Positions 10,632 through 23,175 of a stretch of DNA of 64,000 nt are shown piece by piece. Origin of the DNA: Hyaloraphidium curvatum SAG 235-1. Taxonomy: Eukaryota; Fungi; Monoblepharomycota. Positions within the stretch are counted from its first letter, which is position 1; each line of letters starts with the position of its first letter. The notes under the pieces are model-generated. The model searched no databases. It saw only the letters and a list, made by a program, of their open reading frames with translations, and was not told the origin of the DNA. The stretch is taken from contig JAIVFI010000018.1 in assembly GCA_025558095.1 (NCBI GenBank), positions 124,001 through 188,000 of the forward strand, read 5' to 3'. The translations under genes were made by a program, and so were the position numbers.

Positions 10632-12576
10632 TCAGAGCCCGTCCTCCAGGCTGCTCAGGCTCCCCGTGCTCATCCTCCTCCCCTGCCCCGCCGTCTCCAT
10701 CGGCAGCCTCCAGCTCTCCTCCGCGTCCTCGTCCGCATCGTGCAGGATCCCCGCGAACGCGATCTTGGCCTTGGCCGCCTCCCCGGGCATCGGCGGGACG
10801 ACCGTGGCCAGCGCGCTGAGGTCGATCGATCGCGAGCGGGACCGGGTCCGCGGGGGGTCGAACGCCTCCCTCTGCTCCTCGAACCGCGCAGAGGGCGACG
10901 CCGTGCGCTGCACGCGGGCGTTGCGGGGCGGGGAATCGGAGCGCTGCGGCTGCATCTGCACGGCGCCGTGCTGGTGCGCGGAGAACATGCCGGCGAGGTT
11001 GGAACCGATCGAGTTGAGCCGCTTGATGGCGTTTTGGATGTTGCCCGTGAAGCCGCCCGACAGATCGGGCAGGTCCTCGTCGTAGATGTCCGTCGTCGGC
11101 GGGGTATCGGGGCGGCCGGTACGGCCGCGCTCGTAGTCGGGGGTGTTGGCCCCCGATTGCCGGCGCGGCAGGGTTCCCGCCGCCGCTGCGCTCGCGACCG
11201 AAGTGGAAAGCACGTCGGTGCCCTCGTGGTCGTGCATCGCCGAACCGAACGGGACGCCGTCGTCCAGCTCGTCCAGGATCACCGTCCGGTAGGCCTCCGC
11301 GACCTCGGGGGACAGCGGCGGCGGCGTCGGAGGGAGCTTGATGTCCATCCAGGTCGGCGTCGGGGGAAGCAGCGGATCCGCGTCCCATCGCCCGGCCGGC
11401 GGCACCGCCAGGCCCGAAGTGGCTACGGGCGCCACGATCTGGGGCCCGTCCGCCTCATCGCCCCCGTCGTGGCTGTCCGCGGGCGGAATGCCGCTCTGCA
11501 TCATGTTGATTTTCCGCCGCACCGTCCGCTGCCAGCCCCAGGCCTCCTGCTCGATGACGTAGAGATACTCGAGGTACTCGGGAGGCACCATCGTCCGGAT
11601 CCAGTCGTGCTCCAGCGCCTCGCGGGCCTTCATGCGCTTGGCGGGGTTGACCACAATCAGGTTGCCGACAAAGTCCTTTGCAGCGGGGGAGATGTCGAGG
11701 TCGGAGGGGAAGGAGTAGTTTGCGGTGACGACGGCCGTCGAGAGGTCCGACATGCGCCGGCATTTGGCAAAGGGGGAGGCGCCAGTCAGGAGCGTATAGG
11801 AAACGCTGCATGGTCGGGCGGGAATGAGGACAGAGTCGTGGCGAGAGGAGCGGGAAACACTGACATGCCAAGGGCCCAGAGGTCCACCTCCTTCCCGTAC
11901 GCCATTTCGCGATAGAGCTCCGGCGCCCGCGAGTGTGCCGCGCCGATGGAGCCCGGCGCCAGGTTCTGTTTCTGGGGATTCAGTTTCGTCGCGAAACCAA
12001 AGTCGACGAGCACGAGGTCGGGGTCCGGCGTGTTCGAGTCGCGGAACAGCAGGTTGCTCGTCTTGATGTCCCGATGGACCACATCGAGGTCGTGCAGGAA
12101 CGCTACGGTCGACGCCAGCGTCGCGACGATGACGGCGGCGTCGCGCTCGGTGAAGTTGCCCTTGAGCGTGATGTGGTCGAAGAGCTCGCCGCCTGCGGCC
12201 CGTCAGAGCGCCCTGGGGGTCGCCGGCGTCGGTACGCACCGGTCATGAGCTCAAACACCAGGTAGTACTTCGACCTGCTCTCGAACCAGTCGAGCAGCTC
12301 GACGATGTTGCGGTGCTTGATGGAGGCGAGGATCTGCAGCTCGCGCGGCAGCTGGTTGAACGGGTCCGTGGTGTCGTCGCGCGGCTGCGACGCAAAGTAT
12401 GCGTTCGCCTTGCGGATCGACTTGACGGCGACGTGGCGGCCGGACGGCAGGTGCAGGCAGTGCTTGACGGTGCCCTGCGCGCCCGACCCGAGGATGGCGA
12501 CGGTCTTGAAGTCGCGCTTCTTGGCGTACGACGACGGCTGCGGGCCGCGCCGCAGCAGCAAATCGAAGACGCCCAT
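10632..12576 (-). CDS. CaMK-group Ser/Thr protein kinase with long disordered C-tail
   Basis: [65 protein letters not shown]; 2 introns. Confidence 0.9.
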
Positions 12577-13052
12577 CGCCGCCGCCGGCCGTGCGGGCCG
12601 AGGGCGCGCTGGCGTGGGCCCCGGTTTTCGTTGTTGAGGCTCCCTCGCCACCGCCGGCGACGCTGTCCCTGTCCCATCCCTCGAGCATTGGCGGACCTAA
12701 GATTGCCAACCAGACGAGGCGAGCCAGCTGATTGGTCCTTAGAGCATCAAGAGATCGGTTTGGATGTCAATAAGGATTGGACCTGCGCTGTGCCTGGTCG
12801 TTCTTCTGCCTGCGAACGCCAAGGCTCGTAGACCAACCCAAGATGATGGTGCAGACGTCGTCTGAGCTCTCTTCGGGGGTACGTGAGCCACTGGGTGGTT
12901 CGAATGATATTTGGCATTGATTGGAGATGGGGCGGCCGAGCGAAGCCACTGCATTCGACCGCTGACGGAGCGAGCGGTCGCGCGGGGCTGGGCACTCTTG
13001 CCAACCGTCGCACGAGACCCCGCCCCGCCCCGCCCTCCCTCCCCCGCCCGCC

Positions 13053-14340
13053 ATGCCGTGCACGTGCCGCTCCTCAAGCAGCGCCGACTCGGCGGCGTGG
13101 GAGTCGTTCCGCTGGCCGGACTTCGTGCGCGAGTTCCGGTCACTCGCGAAGACCATCCCCTCCCCTCCCGGGGCTCCCGGGAGCACCGAGCGCACCGTCG
13201 AGCTGCTCTCCAAGACGCGCGACCTGCTCGCTGCGATCGCCAGCCCGCGCGAGACGCGCAACAAGCCGCTGGTGGCCAAGTTCTTTGCCGACAGATCTCG
13301 TTCGTGCTCTCCGCTCCGCGTCCTGCTGTGGACCTGAAGCACCTTGGCACAGGTCTGCCCAAGTGCCATCCAAATCTCTTGGACGCCGAGAGACCGCTCC
13401 AAAAGGGCTTCAACGCGACGTGGCCCAAGTACCGCGCGCTCTTCTTCGAGTGGGCCGGCACGGTCGAGGACGGCTCGGACCTCGATCCACACGTGGCCGC
13501 CATCAACGAGAAGAAGTGGCCGCAGGCCGCCCTTGTGGTCGCCCAGCTCGCTGTTGGTGTTTCCATGTTCCTGAGTCACTGGTCATTTGACCTGGCCATC
13601 GTGCCGCCGCAGTACCCTTTCTCGGCCCTCAGCGAGGCACTCGCTGAAATGTGTGCCGACCACGCGTTCCTCGACGCCCTTTGCATCGCCACGGCCAAGG
13701 GCCACCGCGTGATCGCCAAGGAGCGCTACTTGGAGGACCAAAAGTGCTCCGACTCGGACCTCGATCGCGCGGGCTACGACCTTATCAACTGTCTCTGCCT
13801 CCTCTCTGGGCTGACCGCCGCACCGGAAGCCGCCGACTGGATCGCCACCGCCACCGCCAGGGCGTCGCCCGAGGCCGCCGCCTCGCCGTGCCAGCTGGCT
13901 CTCGTCGGCGCGCGCAAGTTCGAGCGCGCTTTGCGCAAGATCGGCTACACGAGGAACGCCGACTCGGCGAGGGGGTACATCGAGGCGATCGGGGAGAAGG
14001 TGTTCGGGAAGGAATTCGCGCTCGATCCGGGCCGGTTCCTGCCCGGAGCGCATGCCCCGCTGCGCGCCGCACCGCGCATGATCGAAGGCGTGGTGCCCGC
14101 GCCCGTGCCCGCCGCTGCCACGCGCGCCAAAGTTTGCTGCGCCTGCGGAAACGCCGCCTCCGCGGATTCCCCGCTCCGCGTGTGCTCCGGTGGGTTCTCC
14201 GTCGATCGATGGCGCGGCGATGGAGCTGATGATCCGCGGCAGCTTGCAAGAATGCCTGGTACTGCAACGCCGCGTGCCAAGCATCCGACTGGGGCCGTCA
14301 CAAGGCTGGCTGCCAGGGCGCCAAGCGCCCCTCCGAGTGA
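13053..14340 (+). CDS. MYND-type zinc finger protein
   Basis: Spliced C-terminus CCACG..LRVCSACKNAWYCNAACQASDWGRHKAGC; introns near 13300 and at 14190. Confidence 0.8.
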
Positions 14341-14618
14341 TCTTCTGTCGAGCCTGGGCGGCGGCGCGGTCGAGTTTCGGTGATGGAGCATATTCCGGTT
14401 TCAATGACGTGCTTAAAACGGCATCTTTCGGCGCTCATGGCCTCCGTCACGATCGGTTCCGTTGCTTTGTTCCTCGGCAGTCGGTCGTTGAGGACCTGCC
14501 GTCCAGTCGGGGCTGTGCAGACGGATCGCGAAGCTGCTGCGCCTCGTTGAGGTTGCAGAATTGTCCCGCACCTCACTCCAAGGCATCGTCCCATCGTTTT
14601 GGACAGTACCTTACGAAA

Positions 14619-15782
14619 ATGCGCGCGGTATTGTTCTCGTGGCTTGCCCTCGCCGTTCTGGGGGCCGCCGGGCCGGCGATGGCCGCCTGGGGCTGCCCGG
14701 ACGGCACGTCCTTCTCCGAGGGTCTCTGCGTCTCGACGAGCCATCCCGCGGCCTCCGCTGTCGCCGCGTCGCTCCGCAAGGCCTTTCGGAACGGCAACCT
14801 CGGTGCGCTTGTGGCCGGCGTGTGGCAGAATGGGAGCGCGGTCGTTGCCGGCGCGCTCGGAGAGTCGCTGCCTGGCGTGCCGGCCCAGCCCGACATGCGG
14901 CACCGGGTGGGCAACGTCGCGGCCAGCTTTCTGACCGTGCTGTTCCTGCAACTCGTGGACGAGGGGAAGGTGTCGCTCGATGACCCCGTCACCAAGTACC
15001 TGCCCGACCTCGGTGTCCCCGACGGCGACCGCATGACCCTTCGCATGCTGGCCTCGAGCACCACGGGCCTGGAGCATTTCCCGGTCATCGACGCCTTCCT
15101 GAACGATTGGTACGCGAATCCGTTCCGCACTTGGGATCCGCGCGAGCTCGTCGCCTACACGTTCAAGGTGCCCCGCCTCTTCCCGAACCCGGGCGAAGGG
15201 CAGCACTTTGCGGACACGAACCTCGTCCTTCTTGCCCTCGCCCTCGAGAGCGCGACCGGGCAGAAGGTGCACGACATGATCACGGGCCGCTTCATCGTCC
15301 CCCTGGGCCTGTCGGCGACCATTTCGCCCTGGAACCCAGAGATCCCCGGCCCCGTCTTGCACTCGTTCACCAACGAGCGCAACAGTGCAATCTGGGAAGA
15401 GGCGACGTTCTGGAACCCGCAGTGGAACCCCTGGTCCGGCGACGTGTCGTCGTCTCAAGACGACGTCCGCAAATGGTTCGAAACTTTCGGCTCCGGGAAG
15501 CTGCTTCCTCCGGCTTTGCAGAAGGTACTGATCAGCAACCCCCGCCAAAACGGGAAGAACCGATACTACGCCATGGGCATCGGTGTTTGGGGAGATTGGC
15601 TCTTCACCAACCCGGGTCTGCAAGGGCTGCAGGGCGGAGCAGGGAAGCACCTGCACGCGGACGCGACCATGGTCTTCTACAACACGTTCACGCAGGCTTC
15701 GGACCAGAACACGCACTATCCGACCGAGCTCTTTGTCGAAATTTCCGGGCTGGTTGGGCTGCCGGCCCCTATCCCCAACTGA
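14619..15782 (+). CDS. Secreted beta-lactamase/serine hydrolase-fold protein (intronless, SxxK absent)
   Basis: Signal peptide; LQLVDEGKVSLDDPVTKYLP, TLRMLASSTTGL, FIVPLGLSAT typical of the AmpC/D-Ala-D-Ala peptidase fold. Confidence 0.85.
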   Translation: MRAVLFSWLALAVLGAAGPAMAAWGCPDGTSFSEGLCVSTSHPAASAVAASLRKAFRNGNLGALVAGVWQNGSAVVAGALGESLPGVPAQPDMRHRVGNVAASFLTVLFLQLVDEGKVSLDDPVTKYLPDLGVPDGDRMTLRMLASSTTGLEHFPVIDAFLNDWYANPFRTWDPRELVAYTFKVPRLFPNPGEGQHFADTNLVLLALALESATGQKVHDMITGRFIVPLGLSATISPWNPEIPGPVLHSFTNERNSAIWEEATFWNPQWNPWSGDVSSSQDDVRKWFETFGSGKLLPPALQKVLISNPRQNGKNRYYAMGIGVWGDWLFTNPGLQGLQGGAGKHLHADATMVFYNTFTQASDQNTHYPTELFVEISGLVGLPAPIPN

Positions 15783-15889
15783 ACGAGTGGAAAGAGAGGT
15801 GAAGCTTGGGAGAAGGCACAAAAGGAATGATCTCAAGGAGATATATAAAAATTGAAAGGGGTGAAGTGGAAAAGACAATGGCACAGGGG

Positions 15890-16929
15890 CTAAAGACCGG
15901 CCCCTTTCCGCTTCGCCCGCGCTTCCAGCTCCTCGTCCGAGAGAATCTCTCCAAGGGCCCACGAGACCATCTTGGCGCCGATCCAGAGGGCGTCCGTCGG
16001 GGCGTAGGACTTGCGGTCAGGGGAGGTGTAGAAGGTGTCGATCCATTTGTCGACCTGCTCGACGGACGGTCCGGAATAGCCCTGCGGCCGGATTGCGGGT
16101 TAGCTTTCCCGTCCGCAGCAAGCGAATCGGCCGACAGTCCACCTCCTTTGCCTCGACAGCCTCCTTTCGCATGCCCTTGAGGTACTCTACAAAGAGATCT
16201 GCCGAATACTGTAGAGCGGCAGTTGGTTGATGTTCGGCGCTCTTCATATCACCAACGCACCTCGGGGTGGACCTGCCAGGTGAAGAACCGGTTCTCCAGG
16301 ATCGACCCCTGTATCGGAGTCTGCGGCGTCGAGCCGAGGAGCTGGAACCCCGGTGCCAGCTTCGCAACATGGTCCTGCGAGGGGCGAAAGGACCCTCAGA
16401 ACTGCCGAATCGCGCCGAGCGACCGTGATTCCCGCACCCGGTGCCCCAGATAGACGGCGAAAGACTCCTTGTCCGTCTTGAGTATCCTGTTTCCCTCCTG
16501 TGTGAGCTTCACGTCTAATCTCCCCTCCTCAAGCCCCGTCGGATTGATCTCCGCTTCTCCCCCGAGCGCTTGGTGCACGATCTGGTGTCCGAAGCACACC
16601 GACATAAGACGAGCACGCTTCGAGTCCCGCAACGCCCGTAGGTAGTCGGCCAAACGCAGGATCCACGGCTCGGGGTCGAACGCGGCGTTGAAAGAGCCCG
16701 TGAGGCAGAGCGTGTCGTATCGCTCAGGTTCCTCGGGGTAGACGCCCTCGTACACGTTGAAATTGTCGAGCTCTATCTCGAAGCCTTCGAAGTAGGTCGA
16801 GGCGATCTCGTTGAACCAGGCGCGGAAAATCTGCTCCATATCGCCGAACTGCTCCAGGCCCGGCCACGGCTTCTCCGCGGAGAGCAGGGCAACGCGGAAC
16901 GTGCGCTTGCCGGACTGCGAGACCGTCAT
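15890..16929 (-). CDS. Class I glutamine amidotransferase-like protein
   Basis: LCLTGS..AFDPEPWI, nucleophile elbow SVCFGHQ, WQVHPE; multi-exon. Confidence 0.85.
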
Positions 16930-17081
16930 TGCGACCGGGATTCCGTGGAGTTTGGCCGCGCGGAACGGGACGCGGTGCGGAGAGATAGAGGGGTCGCGCC
17001 CGCGCCGATCATCGGCCGCAGCGGAGGCGTGCATCTACCAAATCGGAAGACAGAAGAAGAAGTACATCAACTGAAGATCGT

Positions 17082-20000
17082 CTAGGCAGGGACGCGAGGG
17101 CTGGAATCGAAAGGATTCAGTCAGCGGCGTGCCCCTTCGACCGCAGCTTGTCACCCACTCGTTCTCGCGCTGGAAGGTGCGGCCCTTGATGAGCGCATCC
17201 TTCAGCATCCCCCAGATGCTCCTGACCGACGCATCGTCGTCCGAACGGCTCGTCAGCACCCCCATCTCCGCCTCCATCGACTCGGGCACCGCGGCGGTCA
17301 TGGCCCACATGGCTTTCTGCGCGACCTTGCTCACACTGGCGCCGATCTTGGAGGTGACACCCTCGTCGGGCGACGTCGAGCTCGTGGAGTTGGCCAGGCC
17401 GATGGTGGGGAGCGCCGAGGCGGCGAGGAGGTCGATGCCGTTGCCCGAAGCAGCGATCGGCTTGCAGTGCTTGAACTGCTCGTTGATGAAGTGAACTTGC
17501 AAAACGAAGATCAGATGGGACCCGCTACAGGCGACCTGTGGGACAACCAACCGGCCAATCCGTCGCGCTTGAGGGCGTCGATGTGCATCTCGGTGCCGCC
17601 GGGCACCCAGACGGCGTCGTAGAAGGTCGAGGACACGTGGATCAGCATCTTGTCCGGCACGAGCTCTTTCTGGCCGTCGACGGTCTTGATCGGTCCGAAA
17701 GTCTGTGCAGCGAAGCGTGTCAGGGAGGTTGGAAGGTTCTGCGGAGATCGATCGTGCGACGAACCGCGCTGATGACCTCGCAGACGGCCCCGTTCTTCTC
17801 CACCTCGGCCTTGAACGCAGCGATCTGCCTCCCGCTGACGCCTTCGGCCACCAGGATGGCGATCTTCTTGCCCGCAACGTTCTTGGGCCGGAACTCGAGG
17901 ATCGACAGGCCCTTGGTCGTCTGCCCGTGGTTTTTGACGGCGGCCTGCTTCGGCGGCGCAACGCCGAGTCCGCTGAGAACGCGCTGATCAGATTGTTGTT
18001 TCGAATGCGCAAGGCGAGGGCACTCACGACGCAACACGCTTGGCCAGCTCGTGATCGACGTGGTTGAACCTGCCCACCATCAGCTCGCGCGTCGCCATCC
18101 TCTCGCACTTGCCCAGCTCGAACCAGGCCGCGGCGACGAGGTGGTTCTTCTCCGGCTCCGAGAGCGAGTTCCAGAACAGCGTAGCCTTATGGTGCGCAGG
18201 TGGGAGCGTCAGCAAGCGCATCGAGAGCAGAAGCCTCGCGAGCCCTACCTGCGAGAAGTGGTCGGAGAACTTGGCAGTCGGCCTCGCCGCAACTTTGGTC
18301 GTCATCCGGTCTTCCTGCGATCCGGCAACCGCCGAGCTCAAGCCCGTCGAGAGCTGCGAGTGCTGGTGAGCTCCTTCCGCCACGGGTTTGGGCCCTTTGC
18401 CTTGGTCGATCCCGTGCGGGAAGTACTGCGACCGCTGCATTAGCTGGCTGGACGCAACTGCCCTGAGTCAAGCTGCTCACGTTGACGTTGGACGAATTGA
18501 CCTTGAAGGCCATGAAGCCGTCGCGCTGGTTGTTGTCGAACGGGCAGCGAGGCGCATTGGTGGGCAGTAGGTGGAAGTTGGGACCCATCCGGTGGAGCTG
18601 CGTGTCCTGGAGACCGCGAGGAGTCAGCACGGGTGAATCGACATCTCCAGCGCAACCCACGTGGTAGCTGAAGATGCGCGACTGCCTGCGGAAAACAAAA
18701 GCCGTCAGTGATCACAGACTAGACGATAAGCCACAGCCGAAGCTCACAGCATGGGATCGTTCGAGAACGTGATCCCCGGCGGAACCCTCGACGGCGCGAA
18801 TCCGGACTGCTCGACCTGCACGGAGACTGGGTCACCGAGTGCAAAGATAGGATCGCCGGGTCGCGAGTCACCTGGGTGAAGAACTCGTCCGGCGCCTTGT
18901 CGATAACCATGCGGCCGATTTTGTGCACAGTAACGAGGCTCTCGGGAATGATCTAACGCGCGGGAAAGTGAGTGGAGGCCGTGAGATTCAAGCAAGGGGC
19001 CGACCTTAGTCGGGTCGAGCAAATCGAAGTCGAACTTCTCCGCGTCTTCTGGCTTCACGACCTGCACGCCAAACTCCCAGGCCGGGAAGACCCCGCGGTT
19101 GATGTTGTCGTAGAAGTCACGCCTGCATAGGTGCCGTAAGCTGGAACCGAGATCATCGTAGCGCGATCGCACCTCTGAAAATCCGGGTCCTTGCCGGCCG
19201 TCTTCTGCTGCTCGTCCCACAGGTTGCTCTCGAGGCCCTGCTCGGGAATCCAGTGGAACTTGACGAAGGTCTCGTCGCCCTGCTCGTTCTGGAGGACGAA
19301 CTGCGAAGCAACGATCAGGATCGATCGAGGATGCGGCGAAGCCAAAAATACTCACCGTGTGCACGCCGAAGCCCTGGATGTTGCGCAGCGTGCGAGGGAC
19401 GGTGCGATCCGACAGTATCCACATCACCATGTGCGTGCTCTCCGGCTTCTGCGAGATGAAGTCCCTGCGAGATTGATGGCGATGAGCCTGAGCAAACGGT
19501 TCACGTCTCCTGCAACTCACCAGAAGCTGTCGTGCGCGGTGGCTGCCTGCGGCCTGAGGACAGACGATCAGGTGGCTGTCAAGATCGCACCAAGGATCCC
19601 TCACATCTCCATCTTGGGCTCCGGCTTCAGCGCATGAACGAGATCGGGGAACCTGGAGGGACGAAAGCCTCTCAATGTCCGCGCAGCGTCTTGAGCAGTA
19701 GCCAACTCACGAAATGCCGTTCTGGATGAAGAAGACGGGAACTGGATTCCACGTTGGTCAAAGGATCGTTCCGAACCGATTCGGAACTCACTGTTGTTGC
19801 CGACCAGATCCCAATTTCCTTCCGCCGTGTAGAACTTGACTGCGAAGCCCCGCACGTCCCTGACGTTGTCCGCGGAGCCGCGCGAGCCCTGGACCGTTGA
19901 CAGACGGAGGAACAGCGGGGTGCGGGTCCCGGGCTTGAACACGGCGGCCTTGCAGATCTTGGTGATGTCGAAGCCGTCCGTGGGGCCGTACGGCTCGAAG

Positions 20001-20349
20001 TAGCCAAAGGCGCCGGTGCCGCGGGCATGGACGACGCGCTCCGGGATCCTTTCGCGGTCGAAGCTGGGGCGAGCGGGAGGGCGCCGTGAGGAATCGAATC
20101 GGGTGACGCATCGGTGCCGGACCACCTCTGGAGCTTTTCGAGGAAGTGAAAGTCCTCCAGAAGCGTCGGTCCGCGGTCTCCGGCAGTGAGCTGGTCCTCG
20201 GTGGTCGACACGGGGACGCCGAAGTTGGTGGTGAGCCGGGACTGCGAGCCGGTGCCCGCCGGGACGGCGCCCGGGTTCCCGTTCGAGAGCGCGGCCGCCG
20301 CCGCGCCGGCGACGGTGGGCTCGGTGGCGATGTCGGTCGGGACGGGCAT
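17082..20349 (-). CDS. katE: Large-subunit (clade 2) heme catalase with C-terminal DJ-1/GATase-like domain
   Basis: [36 protein letters not shown], proximal [15 protein letters not shown], ends ENDPRVPA*; many introns. Confidence 0.93.
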
Positions 20350-20846
20350 GGTGTGGGGCGAGCCGGTAGTTGAGTTGTCGAAGGCTGCAGCGGAGTTTGG
20401 CGGAAGGGGGGGGTGATGAGGTGGCACCCCCGCGGCGCGAATCGAGGGCTTCCACTTTCGACGCGACCGCCAACTTATCCTCGCTCAGGTTTTCCGATGC
20501 ATCGGACCCGGTTTCGGCAAAAGCAGTATGTCACCGTCACTTCAGACTTTGGAGGGCATTGAGGGGCTTTCACAGTCGCCGCTTCGCCGCGGTTCCGGTG
20601 GTTCGGCCAGGTCGACAGGAGTAAAAGAGTGGCGCAATGCAACTTTGTCCTCCGCCCGAGCATAATCAAGGTGGGTGCATGGTTGCTCTGTGTCCTAATG
20701 CGTCGATCCGTGCTTGCGATGTAGGGACGTTTTCCCTGCCGAGGCCTTGCGTCCCCACGCGGTGGCAACCAGGCGGCCGCGCGGGCCGCAAACCGCGCAC
20801 CAGCTTTCTCCATGACTCGCCCAGGCATCTCTGCAGCCGGGCCGTT

Positions 20847-23123
20847 ATGAGCGAGAGGGGCCCTGCAGTCGGCAGCCGCGATGCGCCGCGCCGGACTTCG
20901 GTAGACGCCGCGGACTTGGCGGGGCGGCCGGCACCGCCGCCCGCCCAACCACGCGATGCGCCGCGCCGGGCTCCGGCCGACGATGCGGAGTTCGTGGAGC
21001 TGCCGCCTCCGCCGCCTGCACAGCTGCGGGATGCGGCAGATGTCGCTACGATGTCGTCGCTGAAGAAGGTCTTCCTCTTGACCGCCGTCAACTTTGGCGC
21101 TCTCACGGTCTTCCATTTCCTGTGGTTGCCGGAGCCTGTGAACAAGGCAATGTCTGTCATTGCCGCGGTGACCACTGTCCTACTGCTCGCGGCGCGCTGG
21201 GCGCTCGCTCGAGGCGAGGGAGATAGTCCGCAGCGCTTCCAACGCCGACATCGCAAGCTTGCCCAACCTCTCGTCGCTTTCGGCATGGGCATGGCCCTGG
21301 CGAACTGCTTCTTCCACCAATTCTTCATTCGGGACATGTACCAGACCAGCAACTTGCTCCTGATCACCGTCCTCGCCGGCTCTCTTTTTCTGGACATCAG
21401 GTGGCTACTTGGATTTGTCGCGACTGCGTGGGTTGGATGGCTGGCCGTCATCCTTCATTCCGATGAGCTCCATGTTCGGGTCATGGGCGTTCTCTTCCCG
21501 TCTCACGACGTTGGAACGCCAAAGTCTTTCTTCGACGGCGTGGCAGTCTGCCGAAATATCCTTTGCATCACGCACGACGCGGTCGCGACCCACTTTACCT
21601 TTGGCTTCCTCGTTGCGACCGTCATGAGCTTCCTTGTCTTCTTCTCGCGGCACGCGCTCCTCGTCACCGAGGAGCAGCTCCGGATCCGCTATGCCGAGAT
21701 GGCAGATATCGCCCGCAAAGCTTCGGCAGCAAAGTCTGACTTCTTAGCGCAGATGTCTCATGAGATTAGGACACCGATGAACGGGGTGCTTGGGTTGACG
21801 GAGGAGCTTTGCAGGTCTCCAAACATCGGCGGGGAGGACCGGGAGCTGCTGGAATCCGTTCGATCCTCGGGCGAGGCCTTGTTGGCCATTATTTCGGACA
21901 TCCTCGATTTCTCCAAGGTCTGTCATTTGCTCTCTTATGTGCAAGTGCTCCACTGACTTGCCCCATAGATCGAGGCCAACAAGATGGACATCAGTCGACA
22001 TCCATTCTCTCTTGTTCCCTCCGTAGCTGGGATCCTCAAGCCCCTGCAAGTTCGCGCGACGCTGCAGGGTCTCGACTTCCGCGTGGATGTGGCCCCCGAT
22101 GTGCCTGCCACCGTGATCGGCGACCGCCAGCGGATCGGCCAAGTTCTCATCAACCTCGTCGGCAATGCCCTCAAATTCACCCGGCGCGGCGGCATCCAAG
22201 TGTCAGTGGAAGCCGTCACTGGCAGCGCACCTTCGGGCCTCGTCAAGCTGAGGTTCACCGTCCGGGACACGGGCATCGGCATCCCCGCCGACAAGCATGA
22301 CCAGGTCTTTGTCGCCTTTCGCCAGGCGGACGGATCCATCACTCGCGAGCACGGTGGGTCGGGGCTCGGGCTCACGATCTCCAAGCGTCTGGCAGAGCTG
22401 ATGGGGGGCGAGATCGGCATTTCGTACTCGGTCGTCGGGACGGGGAGCGAGTTCTTCTTCACTGTTCTGGTGGGATTGGCAGATGACCAGGGGGCGAATC
22501 CTCCGAAGCGGGCCGAAACTTGGAACGGATTCGGGTCTTCTTCCCTCGAAACGGAGCCGCCGAGCTGCAGACCCGATTCATTTGGACTCAGAGTGACGGG
22601 CCAGATGGCGACTCGGGGTCAGGACGGGCCAGACGGCTACTTTGCTCTTGACGGGGCGGGGAGGACTCCGACGCGGACGGTGACCGGTGGCGCCATGCCG
22701 ACGCCGGATTTTGACGCTGCGAGCGATCGCCCGGCACAGCGACCGCTCAGGGTGTTAGTTGCCGAAGACAATCCCACCAACCAGATGCTTATTGCGCGGC
22801 TGCTGACCAAGGCGGGGCACTTTGTGCACATGTGCTGCGACGGCAGGGAGGCGCTGGACGCCTACTCGACAAATGGCCCGTTCGACGTGCTCATCTCGGA
22901 TCTGCAGATGCCGATCATGGGCGGCGTCGAGGCCGTCGCCCGGATCCGCGGGATGGAAAGCGACCGGCGCTTGCGGAGGCTGCCGATCATCGCGCTGACC
23001 GCGCATGCGCTGGATCGGGACAGGGAACTGTGCCTGTCGTCGGGGTTTGACGCATGGCTGCCAAAGCCGATCGCGCGAAGCGAGCTGTTCGAAACGCTGT
23101 ACCGGCTGACGATGAAGAGATGA
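20847..23123 (+). CDS. Membrane-bound hybrid histidine kinase (6TM-HisKA-HATPase-REC)
   Basis: FLAQMSHEIRTPMNG, NLVGNALKFT, DTGIGI, GGSGLGL, VAEDN..DLQMP..PKP; one intron 21918-21968. Confidence 0.93.
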
Positions 23124-23175
23124 CCGAGTACTTGTCCATAAGGAGATACAAAAGCATATCGACCAAAGTATAGCC

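Noticed and set aside
21280-21330. HK sensor as an ethylene-binding domain
   Set aside because: CxxH spacing differs from ETR1 CxxxH, the Cys is not kept in the paralog, and there are ~6 TMs with no GAF domain.
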